From Glaucostegus cemiculus (Eukaryota), in the NCBI GenBank assembly GCA_976551045.1, contig CDPCPM010000076.1:14756001-14820000 (forward strand): a stretch of 64,000 bases of DNA, given 5' to 3'. Positions 24,498 to 38,284 of this stretch are shown here, in pieces. The position numbers were made by a program, and so were the translations under genes. Position 1 is the first letter of the stretch. Each line of letters begins with the position of its first letter. The notes beneath the pieces are model-generated. The model saw nothing but the letters and a program-made list of their open reading frames with translations. It ran no database searches and was not told where the DNA came from.

Positions 24498-26769
24498 AGT
24501 CCTGGGCTTTAATTTATTGATTAATAAATTAGAGGTCTGGATAATGGACAAGAATTTGCCTCCAAAATTTAATGCATACACAGTTAATAATGAGTAAATT
24601 GTCCAGTAACTTGTGTTAGGAAAGAGATATCTGTGAATTGTGACAAATTGCTGGATGATTTTCACGCCTTTGTATTTGGCTTTGCAGATATAGCTTCTTG
24701 CACTCATTGTCTCTGAGTTTCAATAAGTCACTGTACTTACATGTTAATTATCAGTTCACATGCTCTGGAAGTTTGAGGAGATTACTTAAAGTGTGAGGAT
24801 GTGCCTATCAATCTCTCTGGTCTCAAGGGAAAACAATTTAAATAGTTGGACCTAACTTACCTTTAGAGATTCTTATTTTTCTTATTTCTGTTTCATTTTT
24901 CACTCTCAACACAAACCTTTTTCCTTTTGATTTGATTCTTATTTACCCTCTTTCCTCCTTCCTCTTTTTTTTCAAATCCTTAAGTAGCTAAGGAGATGGA
25001 CTCTTGTTTGCCGAAGTCTATCTGCCCTATTCTTAGTTCATACTTCCAGCAACTTACAGGGTGTACACTGAACTGTCTTCCTCCAGCAACATCTGGGTAG
25101 TGTTTGCTTTTGTGTTTCAAAATCAGCAGCTGACAGATGTGTCAGGTTATATCCAAAGTAAGTTCCACCCGTTCTGTCCAGTAAGATAGGGTCCTTGGAG
25201 GTAAGGTGATAAGTAAATTTCTCCCTCTATATTATTCCAAAAGAATCATCCTGAAATGCCTCCTACAGTATGTATAACATGGCACCAAGGTGTCATTTCT
25301 GTTTCCACATCATTCCTTTGGCTTCTCATTTGTTATTTACAAGTTAATAACAATTGGTGCCCAGTTTTGCGACGTGGATCTTATCAATATAAATCATGAT
25401 GTTGGTTTAAGTTCTTTTGATATAGAAGCCATACACTTGGTAAAGAAAACATTGGTCGGTGTGAAATAGCTTGTCAACTAATGGGCTACTGTGCCTCAAT
25501 CGTAAATTTTAATGATGATAAATGTAAGTAGCTCTTCTGCAGAGATTCAACCAGATATGTTATTTGTATGTACTACCAGCAGGTGTTGATTACAACTGTA
25601 CATGTTTCTAAACTCTGACTTTCCATTTCTGTAGGATGCTGAAAAGTTAAGGTCATTGATGGTGGGTGGTTTGCACTAAATGCCACTTTCACTAGGGCTC
25701 TTCAACAGTATGTGGGAATGGAGAATCTTGGCAATTGCTTTCCCTTTGGCCAGGAGGAGTGCCAATTCTAGTTCCTCATCTGTTGCTATGGTTCACTTGC
25801 AGATCAAATTTGGGACTTAATCTACAGCCTACAGCAGTAGCTACATGGGAATGATTGGAAATCCCCAAAGTAATCAAGGCATGTAGGACTTCACAATTTG
25901 CCACAGTGCAGTTTGTGACATTCCTCTTCACTCTGAAATCTATAAGTCCCACTTTCTGTTGTTATGTTTTCTCATTGTTTTTACACGTCACTTATCTGGT
26001 AAGGAAGCTGTTGAAGGACCTAGTGATTGAATACTTTGCTCCATATCCTTGCATTGTAATGGTGAAGTGGTTTGAGTTTCCTGTTGAACTCAGCAGCTAA
26101 CCTGCTTTAGAGATATTTTATTTTATCAAATTTGGATTTAAATGAAGCCTATAACACAAGCTGGTTTCCAGAGAAGTCTTCAGTACTCAGGGGGTCAGAA
26201 CCAGGTAACTTGGTTGTAGATTTAGGGTTCAAATCTTTCCCTGGTTTTTTCCATCTTTTATCCTTCTAAGCTGGTTAAAGTAAGTACCATCTCGACTTAT
26301 AAAAAGCAAGAAGACTACTGGGCACCTTTTAATAATGCTACACATGCAGCAATATCTCTTGGCAATTTGAGAAAGGAGTCATTGCAACGTCTGGCAGGTA
26401 TGCTCAGTGAAGACTGATTTCTGCAGTAATCGTTCTCTCCAGTGCTATTTTTATGTCCTATCGCTGTGTAATGTCATATATTACATAAAAGAAGTGCAGG
26501 AATTTAAATTTGACAGGGAGATTTTAAGCTGGTGTATTATGTGCACAGGGGCTCATCATATTATTGGGGGGACCTATGTCCCTTCTCCCACCTCTTGCGC
26601 ACACCCTCCAACTTTGTTCTACAACTTGAGCGTGGAAGGAAGGGTCAGAAAATACTTACCGAGATGATGTAAGGGATAAGCGATTTCATTCTATCGGGGA
26701 GGGTGGGGGTCATCATTAGAACAAAGATGAATAAAGCATTTTCCGAGTTGGATTTTGATAACTTGGAAC

Positions 26770-28000
26770 AACTGGATGCACGGCGTCGGAGACTCGAGAC
26801 TGCAGATGCTGGAATCTGAAACTAATTGCTGCTGCCTGAGTGTTCCTCCAGGATTGATAACTGACGCTTAAGATCACAGAAAGAACGAGGACGTTGGGAG
26901 GATATTTTTTACAGGACAGTTGGATGATTAAATGTCCTGCGAGGGGAAAAAGAAAGGTGTTGGAAACGCTATCCATCACTGAATGGAAATGGAAAAACAC
27001 TTAAAGAAAACTTTGTGAGGAAAGGGTCGGGAACAGGGTTAAGTGGGAGTCTTCGAGTGTCGGGACTCGTGTGATGGTTAACCAGCATCTTCCCACTGTC
27101 TCATGGTTAAAGAAAGCAAAAAAAAAACCAAGTTAACGTTGTTTAAGGGATTAATTAGAATGACACTGTAAAGTCCTTTTTAAATTCTCAACGCTCCCCT
27201 TTCTTGGCACTGCCCGGGAGCCCTGGGTGAGGGATTCGCTGTGCTTTGATGCCGGTCTTGGCGCTGCTGCGAGCTGGGCTCGGCTCGGCTCAGCTCAGCT
27301 CGACGTGTGCGGGTGTGGATGGGAGCGGGAGGCTGCGTTAGGTCACTCCCACCAGCGTTACCAGATCCATTCGAATTCCCTCAGCCTGGACTCGGCTGCT
27401 CCTCGGCTCCGGCATGGAACCTCTCCGCGGTTTATCTCACGGAATTAGAAACGTGGAGCCGAGAGATGACCCCGAGCCGCCGGTTCCGAGGGCTGCAGCT
27501 CTCTGAATCCGGATGGCGGGATGGTTCTGACGGCCTGCGGTAAGTCAGACCTGAATTCACTCCTTCAAAACATCCACCGGGATCGCGATTCGTCAGGCAG
27601 AATAAAGACATAATTTTCCGAATTCAGAGGCTGGCTCTTCATTTGTTTTGTTTCCTCTTCATCGGACACCGGCGGCGGTGCTGAAGTCTGGGTGTAATGA
27701 GATGTGTGCCCACCGGGGCAGCCGGATACCTGACGCCTGCGCTCTGCTGATGCTAATTCCAGGCGCTGGGTTATCCTGCTACTCCCCCACCTTCGCCTGG
27801 GATTTGCTGTCTATCGGGCGTGGCAGGGACGGCGGGAAGTATTCCTTCAGAGGCTTGTGCCGGGATGTGGGTGGACAGGTGCGCGCTCCCCCCTGGTTTC
27901 ACTTTGCAGACAGGTCCCACCCTCAGCCGTCCGGCCTGTCCGCTTCCCCGCCCGCACGGCCCAGTTACAGTCTCCCTCTGTGCCCTCGGCCAGCTCACTG
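26770..28000 (+). promoter_or_regulatory. Second, intronic CpG island / alternative promoter
   Basis: Abrupt CpG- and GC-rich segment with a (GCTCR)n run at about 27277-27302 and a consensus donor G|GTAAGT at 27539/27540. Boundaries approximate. Confidence 0.7.
27521..27539 (+). CDS. STARD8: Candidate alternative coding exon 1b (MVLTAC-E)
   Basis: First in-frame ATG after an in-frame TGA (27467), in good context GGGATGG. 19 nt (phase 1) ends at the GTAAGT donor and joins exon 2 in frame (MVLTACEQEAK; compare recalled DLC1 MILTQIEAK). Confidence 0.6.
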
Positions 28001-28495
28001 GGAGAGGGAGGAGAAGAGGGGATGAGGGAGGGGGGTGGGGAGGAGAGAGGGGATGGGGGAGAGGGCGATGGGGAGGGAAAGGAGGAGAGAGTGGATGAGG
28101 GAGAAGGGATGGGGAAGAGAGAGGGGATGAGGGAGAGGGCGATAGGGAGGTAAAGGAGGAGAGAGTGGATGAGGGAGAAGGGATGGGGAGGATAGAGGGG
28201 ATGAGGGAGAGGGGGTGGGGAGAGGGCGATGGGGAGGGAAAGGAGGAGAGTGGATGAGGGAGAAGGGAGGAGAGAGTAGATGAGGGAGTGGGGAGGGAAG
28301 GAGAAGAAGGAGGAGTGGGGAAGGGATGGGGATGAGGGGGTGGGGAGGAGAGAGGGGATGGGGAGGGTGTGTTGGGGTGGGGGAGAGGGGAGAGGGTGGC
28401 GAAGAGAGGGGGTGGTGGAGAGAGGGGTCAGGGTTGAGGTGAGGGAGGGAGAGGGGTGAGGAAGGGGGAGGGAGAGAGGGGGTTAGGAAAGGGAA
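28000..28495 (+). repeat. G/A-rich polypurine minisatellite
   Basis: About 500 nt almost without C. Three imperfect copies of GGGAGAGGGCGATGGGGAGGGAAAGGAGGAGAG..TGGATGAGGGAGAAGGGA, followed by G-runs. Confidence 0.9.
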
Positions 28496-29912
28496 ATGAT
28501 CATCTGTGTTTTCTATTGACTTGGGTACCTCAGCACGGTATTGAAACAGGCATCATTTTCTCTTGTTGCCTTAGAGCATATTTGGCAGGCAAAATGTAGG
28601 TGTAAAAATGCAGTGATTCTCTGGACAGGGGTAGCTGGCAGCTTGAACGGGTCTCCGCTGCATCTTCTGAAGACCAGATAGTGGTGATTAGGCAGGAAAT
28701 AGGAACTTTGTTTTAAGTCTCACCGGAACCCAGGCTGTGGTTCGCAAAATTACTGTTGGCAAGCATAGTCCCCAGGCTCTGAAATAAAAATAGAAAATGT
28801 TGCACATACATCAGCATTTGTCTGCTTAACGTCATTTCAAAAACTAAGTACTGCAGATGTTGGCTGTCTGAAAATGCTGGACATACCTTACAGGTCAGAT
28901 GGCATCTGTGTGGGGGGGGTGGGGGAAGCAGTTAAGATAAAATCTCTCTCAGAAATATTTTTGTCTTATCCCCTTGGTCCTATTTATGAGGGAATTGGGC
29001 AAAAGTATAAAATTAATGACATTTTCAGAGGCCTGGATTGAGTATGCAGGCCAAGATCCCTAGATGGTCCTCAGCAGAGGCTTTGAATCTTGGCTTATCC
29101 TGTGTAAGAGCTACAACAACAGGCCTTTCAGTGCAGGGAGAGTTTCTTGCCTTTGTGTCTTAATCCTGCTGAATTTTATGCAGTATTGTGCTCCTATGGA
29201 TTTCAGACCCTTTGATATGGACAATGTCTTGTATGTCTGACTTTCAGTTAAAAACCTGATATGGAATTTCTTTCAAATTGATGTCCCTAATTGTAGACAT
29301 CTAATGATGAATGGAAACATCCATTGTCCAGTTGGGTTTAAGGTTTATATTTTTGTCTTGGCTCTGACTGTAGACAAAATGCAGAGGACAAAGAGGGGAA
29401 GCCATGAGAAAGGGAAATTATTACTGGACTACAGTATTCTTCAAACTGTGCAAAAGTGCAAGGATATTAAATATTAATTTCAGCAGCACTGAGTATTACA
29501 CCAGCTGTTTGAACAGAATGTTTCACATCTTTGATGTGAAGGTTGGTATGAATGAGGTGTGACGCTCTTTATAAGCAGCTAACAAAATTGAGAAATGTCT
29601 TTCTCCTTGTCTATTTTCTCTACAGGGATTGAGCAATCCTTGATATTTCCTAGTTTGTATAAATTGGAGATCTGCACAAGAACCAGTAACTGATGTCCTC
29701 CCTCAAGACTAAAGATCTCCCGACTTAGTACATTGTACATTGAAGATTAATAGCAAAGTTGAAGTATACTTGGCTTCAATGCAACAGTTGATTCATAGAA
29801 TGGATGTTGACTACCAATGTTGTTCACAGGCTTCCATAGCTTCTGAGCTGCTAAAACTGAAGAAGCATGTTGCTTGGAGGCCAGATTTAGTAATGGGGAT
29901 CTGATAGATGAG

Positions 29913-30185
29913 TTTTTTTTTATTTTAAATTTTTAAATTTTTTAAATTTAAATTTTATTTACAGCATGGTAACAGGCCCTTTCGGCCCAACAAGTCTGCA
30001 CTGCCCATTTTAAACCCCCAAATTAACCTACCTGTACGTCTTTAGAATGTGGGAGGAAACCGGAGCACCTGGAGGAAACCCATGCAGACACGGGAGAATG
30101 TACAAACTCCTTACAGTCAGCGACGGGAATTGAACCCCGATCGCTGGTGCTGTAACAGTGTCGCGCTAACCGCTACACTATCACT
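29913..30185 (-). mobile_element. V-SINE with CR1-type tail
   Basis: Reverse complement of the 42.7 kb copy, including the GGCCCTTTCGGCC hairpin and an AT-rich tail. Confidence 0.88.
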
Positions 30186-33100
30186 ATCTACACTACTGAT
30201 GATCTTTTGTAGATCATACATTATGGTGATTAAGGATAATTAACACTAAAGATTGAATGGATGGTGTAAATTGCATAATGATTTGCACATAATCTGTGGG
30301 AAAAGTGAGTCAGGCAGCCTTGTATTTCCATGTTTTCTTGTGGTCTGTTTGTTGAACAAGAGCTACTATGTCCTGTGAAGTGTTTTAAGATCTGGATAAT
30401 CCATAGTCCAACTACAACTTTCCAAGTTCCTCAGTGTTCACAGCAGCTATCAGGGTCAGATTTGGGAGACTCTTGTGTTTATAAAAGCTCTGTGGGAACA
30501 CCTATGCTATCAATGTGCAAAATGAGTTCATAATCTCAGTTGTGTTCTTAGTCTCTTTCTCAGCCCTTATCCAGGCTACCAACACACGGTACAGTGAGAT
30601 CTTGTGAGGGGTTGCCATCTCTCTTCTTCCGGCCCTGGCCTGTTTATGCTGTGATAATATTCCCAGCACTTCTCACTGGGGAAAAAGCTCATCAACACTT
30701 TGGTGACGTTGAAAGGACTCTCTTTAATGCAAATGCCTTGTAAATTTAGTAGATATTTTTTACTATCCTTGCTATGATGCTGAGATATCGTATCTCCATT
30801 AGCATTATATTGATCTTTCTTCCAACAGAAGAGAATGGTTAGTCCCAAAGCTAAATAAGTATTGAGGGAAAAGTAAAATAGCAGAAGTACTTAAGAATGA
30901 GAGAAACAAGTATGGATGACAAATATCTATGTTGTGGTTATTATTTCTCCATTGTCGAGAAGTTTGAGTTGTATGCATTTGCCAGTTATCTAACATTCAT
31001 GCAAAGCACTGATGCTATTTGTAGAACTGCAGTATTTTCATTTTAAGAATTTTGGGAATACATCCAGTGGGAATTTTGTTGTCCTAATTCTGGCTACCTT
31101 GAATAAAGCAGTTTCATAGTATGTTGTCTGCTAGCAAAAAGATTAGGAAAGACTAATCTGAAGAAGTCCTGAATTGGAGCCTACTTCAGTACTGTGGCCA
31201 AAACTTGCGGGCTGCTTTTGTGGAAAGTTGGGATTTTTACAGACCAGATGTATAGCCAACAATGTTGTGGTGTCCTCAACTGCCTCTAACCATCCTTTTG
31301 ATAAGAGCTTGCATCCTTTTAAAATCTTACATAAACATCTGTAGCTTCCTTTCCCATGACATCTGTTTCTTGAATGTTTGAGTTGAACTGAAGGAGGCAG
31401 GAAAAAGCTTCAACTCCTGTTTTTGTAACAGTAAATGGAATGCCTTAAATATAGGTGACCATTGTTCACTAACAACCGAGTAACTCAAGCCCGTTCCTGC
31501 CCAAGTTCACTGGCCGCATTCATTGTTTAGATGCTATTTGTTTACTCCCTTGCCTTTCTCTCTCAAAGGTGATTGCACTTGCTACAATGAAATTCACTGG
31601 GTGCCAGCTCCCCTTAATACCTCATCCATGCAGTAATTCTTCAGATTTGAGCTTGGACAACAAGGTCTAGATTTTCTCATTAAAGTTATATTTTCCAATC
31701 CTTTTTATCTTACCTAATTCTTGTTATTATTAACATATCACTGACAGGAAAAGCTATGCTGGGTTGTCAACAGACTATTACACATCAATAGGCAGTGAAG
31801 CTGAGCCCTAGTAGGCCCCTTACCCAACATCCATCCATTTACAACAATGAATATGAATAGTTCCCTGGTTTATGTAGCTCAGCGCTCCTTCTGGAAGCAT
31901 ATTTATTATTTGAGCTGTGAACACCGGTGATAGTCTGACTTTGTGGATTTAAGCAATGAAATTCCAGCTTTCAGATTGTACAAAGTTCTGCCCTATTATT
32001 CCATTCCATTACTATTCCTTTCTTATTTGAAGAAATCCAGAGCAATTATAGTATACATCACCACTGTCAACCAATCTCAATGCAGAAAGGACACCTGTCT
32101 AAGTTATCAAGGCTGCTTTAAAGGGCATCAGTTTTGGAATAGCCTTCTGGCTGCAGTTGTGAATCATATTGCCAAGATACAGAGAGCAGCAGATGTCTCC
32201 AAGATGACAATTCAAGTCTGGTCTCCATGGTTCCATCTTCAACTCGATCTACGGGTTTAGAAAATTATTTTGCAACCAAGAAGAATTGCATTCTACATCA
32301 AAATTGTAAGCTGTTATAGTGTTTCAATTTTAATACTGTCCACTGGGTCATTAGTAATTCACTCAGCTGAGCAAGCTGTATGTAACTACGTGGTGATAAA
32401 GGAAACTGCACAAATGTTGCTGCTACACCTGCCCATGTTTCTACAAGAATCTTAACTAAACAACTGGTTGTAACGTTGAATGGTTGCTTCTGGTGCCTGG
32501 ATCACCAAGAGGAATCTCTCCATTACTCTCTTGTGAGAGTCTCTTTGATGCTGGCTGTGTTCTGCATGCTGAGCATTCAGTCTTCCAAAAGATGTAATTG
32601 TGGAAAACTTCCTGGTGAAAGACGACCCAGTTCTGTCGCTCCGTGTACAAGCCAGGAGCAGCAAAATGAAGAGATAATGGACCATTTGTAACAGATTAGA
32701 AGAGCCATTCACTAATTTGTGACCAAAATGTACAAATTGAAGGCTGACGATTTGGGAATTGGTCCTGAAATGACTTCAAGATCTTTGATCCCTTATTGAA
32801 ATAAAGCTTATATTTGTTTCAGAAGCTGTACAATAAAATGGACACTGATAAAATTAGCAGAACCTAGATGAACCAAAATTTGGTGAGGGCTTTGATACTG
32901 CCAAACCGCTTATTGTGGAGTTAAGCTGGTGCAATAATGGTGAATATACTTATTGCATATTTTTATTGCTAATGTGAAGCAAGAAGAACATTCCTTCTGC
33001 ATTTGTCGAGGCGTCATCCTGGGTAGTTATTGGGAATTGTAACCTTTTACATCATTATTTGCCTGGCAACAGTCGAGTGTGCTTGTGCACTGAGAAGGGG

Positions 33101-35404
33101 AAAGGAGTTGGATGAATGACTGCTTTCTTGGCTGGATGAGGTAAGCTGTTAGTTTTTCCAAATTCCACATGTAATGCAGTGAATCCCCTTTCCACCGAAT
33201 CCTTGCCAAGAGAAACCTAGGTTTCCTTTAATAAAATGCCATCTAGTTGATGCCATTTATTTATATTAGCTGTGTCCTCAGTAGTATGAATGCTTAACGA
33301 GTGGGAAAATATTCTATTTTGAGCTCTCTCAATTTTGTGTATCCGGTTACCTGTCTCCTTAGAAATATCCTGTGGTTGGAAGACATTACAGGATGACTTC
33401 CTACTCCTCCATTTCGTGAGTCAAACAGCACTGAAACAGGCCTTCTGGCCCACCATGTCCACCCTGACCATCAAGTACGCATCTGATCCTGCCGCATATT
33501 TTAGTAGGTTACAGAGTGAAGGTATTAAAAAAAAAAGATCTAGGAAATATTATTAGTGTGGCATGGGAGATATTTGCTGGACTCATTTTAGCTAATAAAG
33601 CAGATGAATTGGAGAGGCAAATGGTCCCAGTGATAAGTACATGGCACAAACTGGGGTCATATTAAAGTAATGGTTTTAGCAGTAAATGCAATGGCCAGTT
33701 ATTTATCTTTTAATTGAGAAACCCATTCAATAGCTACCTTAAAATAAGCCTGTCAGAATTTTTACTTTACATAATGTTTAAAGTGTGTTCTGAAACATGA
33801 GACTAATCCCTCGGTGGAATAAGAATCAGTCCACCAGGGTTTAATATAGCTTTTCGCAAAGATGAGATGTTGGATATGGACACTGTTACAAATTAAGCAC
33901 TTGAGTTCATCAGATTTGTAATAAAATTGAAGGCATATAGCTGGAGCTATCATTTTATGCTCCAGGGCTTCTGTTAGTCGTTCTGATGATCTTGAACAAC
34001 TCGCCTTGGTGGTATGAGATCTAAATGTGGAGGAAGTTGGGTAAGGTGTCTTAGGAATGGTTTTGGCTAGGTACTGCCTGAACAATTTGGGTTTAATACT
34101 CCAGGAATGGATTGTGACCTCTGTGAGATAAGTCGCTTACTTCCTTTTGATTAATCCTTCTGAATGGTGACAGATGCTTAAAGACAAAAAGTTAGTACTG
34201 TTCCTGTATTCCTTGCTATATTTTTATCACCTCTAAATCTGCTAATATGTGTTATCAATGTTTTTTAAACTTATCTTTTCTCTAATTCTTTATTGTTTTT
34301 TAATCTTGTCACCACAGCCCTGAACCCTTATACCTCCCTGTGCTGTAATCCTGGGCACTGGTTTTCATTAAATCTCCCTGCCTGTCTAAATTTATTACTC
34401 TGCTGTCACACCTCATACCTCTGTTGTTTTCACTGTGCTGTGATGTCTGTGGGCTGAAAGAAAAATCAATTGTAACTCACAATTCCATGCACTTTAGGGG
34501 AACTGAAAGTTTGTGGTTGTCCTTCAATGGTTGCACATTCTGTGACTGTCCATGAGCTTATGATGGAGATGGACTAGTGTCTTGGAATTGCAACCAGCAT
34601 CTTCAGAAGAGGAGCAGAAGCTTGGAAAATGTAAAAAAAAATGCACAGTATTGTCCAGTCATTGGCTATTGTGGTATCTCCACCTGTTCTATATATATAT
34701 ATATAATAGGTTTCTGTGCATTCTGCATGTTATGATGGTTGAATCTCTGCATGACATTGTGCAGACACCAGTATCTCCATACCTTATAAGCCTTATCAAA
34801 TTTTTAGGCATGACAAAAAAAAATCAGTAGGTCCAATCATCCTTATTCTGTTGTAGTAAATTTGTTCATGTTGAGAGCATTTATTCCTTCTGTTGCAAAG
34901 GCAAATTGAAGAGCTAATGGGGAAGTTGCAGTGTACTGCCAGACACAGTGTTAAAATGAGGAGAGAAGAGAAATCAGGAAGTTTTGGTTTTAAAACATTA
35001 TAAACTTTCATAAAGAAAAGCATTAGAGAGGAAAGGTGTTCTAACCTGCTTATATCCCAAGAAAAGAGTGAAAATAGTGTGATGATTTTAAGGGCATGAG
35101 GAAGAACACTGAGGAATACAAAACCACAAAGAATATATGGCACAGAGATTATGGAGTTTAAGGAGAAGCTGTTAACATAGGGGAAAAGAAAAATAAGGGT
35201 ATTCTGATGAAGAGAGGTGGGGAGAAGATTATGTGGAGCTAAGGATGAGTTAGGCCAGTTGAGCTGAATCTGTACAGTAGACTCTCACACCGCTTTAAAA
35301 ATAAATAATTTGCACATTTTGTTTTTCTGTTTTGATACTGTAAAGTGCAACTTGCAGGCGTTTGGCATTCCAAGAGTTAATTTACTGAATTCTTTTTGTT
35401 ACAG

Positions 35405-35476
35405 AGCAGGAAGCTAAGGATGCATGTGATTGGCTGCGGGCAGCAGGATTTCCTCAGTATGCACAGCTCTATGAAG
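35405..35476 (+). CDS. STARD8: Exon 2, SAM domain (EQEAKDACDWLRAAGFPQYAQLYE)
   Basis: ttacag acceptor, gtgggt donor, 72 nt. Diagnostic DLC-family SAM sequence. Confidence 0.97.
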
Positions 35477-38202
35477 GTGGGTGTGGTCTTAACTCATTTA
35501 TTTGTTTGATTTGGTTTCTGAAAGGGAGAGGACAAATGGGAAACCGTGACCATGAGACAGAAATTTGTTTTAAATTTACCACATATAAACTTACCTGATG
35601 ACAATGGTGCATCTGTTATTCCAGGATGTTTGATGTTGCTCCCACAAATCAGAAACAGTCTATGTGTCCCTTCCTTTCCCTTCAGTTGTCCTTCTCATAT
35701 TTGCCCAGGAGAATACTTCTGAAGTGTACCATTACAGTCCTTGTGGCCTGGGAGCTGTTGGTCCAAACCAGCTCACCACTTCTTTCCCATGGGCAATAAA
35801 AGACAGGCATAAATGATAACCTTGCCAGCAAAGCCCAAGTCCATTAAGTGAATGAATTCCTTTGAATTTGCTAATTCATAAGGTCACTAGTTAATTAAGG
35901 AAGTGGAAGATCATTTTGCCCATCTTAATTCTTCTTCCCATAGATATCCTAACACAAAATTTCCATCTTATCCCCTCCTCATTTTAGCAGCCAGTTGATT
36001 CTTGAATGATTCAAAGATTCAGCTGGAAGATCTACGGAAATCCCAGACAGATTAAAAAAATGTGCTTTTTGTCATTCTTCTGTTAAAATTGGCAGTTTGG
36101 GGGAAGTTTCCTGTGATAGGCTTGATGTACAGTCTTGCAAAAGGCCAGCTGTAAATTTCAGTTCAGCCTTTCATGGGATTTCTCACAGATAACTTACTGT
36201 AAATCCTTCAAGAAGTTGTGGAAGACAGGGTCATTCCCCCCCCAGATCAATTTTGATGTTATTTACAGATAGTTATTGTACAGATCGTTTACTCTCAATA
36301 ATTTATTCAATTACTTTAAGTGGAATGTGGTTTAGACTAATGGATCCGCAGTTACCAATTTGTTTTGCCATCCTTCTTGTATGTGGACACTTAGTTGACC
36401 TGTTGCAACTTCTGGTATCTCCCTGGTGTCCATTGTAACCCAAAAATTTGATTGGTGTTACGGCCATATCCTGAATGCTAAGCTCCTTGTATTGAATTCT
36501 GCAACCATCTCTAGTGAGTGCAGTATTTTGTAGAGGCCATTCTGCTACATGGGTTGCAGATCTAGATCCTCATTTTCTAACACCTTGACTAGGCCTCCAA
36601 GGTGTCAACAGATACTCTGGAGCCACTGTTTGTGATTCTTGCAGTCTTCATTGTCTTCAGAAGAACTACCTCATTTGCAGCCAGAGTTCACCTGCCTTTA
36701 AGAGATTACGGTAGAGGTGTAGGTAAGCTGGTACTGGCTAGGATGCCATATCAATTTTGAAAAAAAAGTGCCTCCCTTCTTCATCTATAATATTAAGATT
36801 CCAGCACCAATGTATTGTGGCACAGAGATTCCTGAAAAGGCACATTGTGCCTGCTCTTTATTTTCAGATCTTATAAACCAGAGCTAACTGTGTTCACAAG
36901 TGCTTAACTTCAACAGCTACTTTGGTTTTAAATATTTATTATCTATTATAATGGAGCTTCCTGTTTTAAAATTCTATTCAAAACCTTTGTGAGCATGTTA
37001 TATATTTAATTAAAGCAAACATTTTAAGTGCAATAAAGGTTTGACAGTAACTTCAAATGACCCTGGGAAGGTCGGCAGGGAACAATTACTGGAAGTAAAG
37101 CATGCTGGGAAATGATCTTTGTCCAAACCTCCTCTCTGTTAATCAACTTTCACCCTCAGGCTAATAGCTTGCCCCTCAATGAAAGCACATGTTGTTGCTC
37201 CCTTTGGGAAAATTACTTCCATCCCAAAAAAGTTCCCAGTCATTGCTGCCTGACTTTGCTGTGTGGTACTTGTTAAATCTCTGTTTGAACTGGGTTTCAT
37301 TCACGTTTGGGGGAACTGAAAGCTCAGAAATTATGTTGTGCTTATGTTGGCCTTTGGTTTTCCTCAGACGCTGTTATTCACTGCTATACAAAGCAACCTT
37401 CATCATTTGGAGTCCTGTTCTGAGACTGCTGCTCAGTGCTCATGCTGTTCCCTCACTTCATCAATGCATGCTGAGACACTAACTGCCCTAGACAGTCTCT
37501 TTAATCTGCATTGTACAAAACAAGACTGGTCCTGTTTAAATGATTTCCATAACACTAATGTAGTTACAATTCTTTATTTTACTTGCTGCATTTACAACTC
37601 CTTAGATTTTTGATGACAATTGTATAACCAACTGATCTCATGAGAATCTAGCTGAAGCACTATGAGAATAGTATAGTTCTTATTATTTGATTGGCTCAAC
37701 GCATGGTAGGGGAGAGTGGAGTTTTGTCATGCATTTTTTCCTGCTGACATTCACTGGAGGTCCTTCCCTGATTTTGTCCCTCAATTGGTACAAATGCATC
37801 CATGTGTATGGTGTACTTTGTTTCCTGACCATTGATGAAAATATTTAGAACACTGAGTACAATGGATGTCTTTAGGAAACTGCCAGCTTTGTTGATGCTT
37901 AGATGCGGAAAAATGGTCACTTCTTCACCTGGGAGAATCTGGAAATTGTACCCCAGTGTGTTTCAGCACCTGAAGAAGGGACAACATGTTGGAAACAGTC
38001 AATGGGTCAGGCAGAATCTGATGAGTGAAAGGGAAAATGGTTGGATATTTCTTTAGGGAGTTATCTTTTGAAAGATCCATGGAGATCCTGATATGATTGA
38101 ATAATTTTCAGCAAAGTGCAGGCAGATTTAGTTTACTACAACCAGGCTGAGGGAGTAGGCCAGGCACAGATAGATGAATGATTTTTTTCCCTTATTTTTC
38201 AG

Positions 38203-38284
38203 ACTCACAGTTTCCCATTGACATCACAGCTGTCAAGAATGATCATGATTTTCTCGACAAGGATTCTTTGAAATCTGTGTGCAG
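38203..38284 (+). CDS. STARD8: Exon 3, SAM domain (DSQFPIDITAVKNDHDFLDKDSLKSVCR)
   Basis: tttcag acceptor, gtaact donor, 82 nt, in frame with exon 2. Confidence 0.96.
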
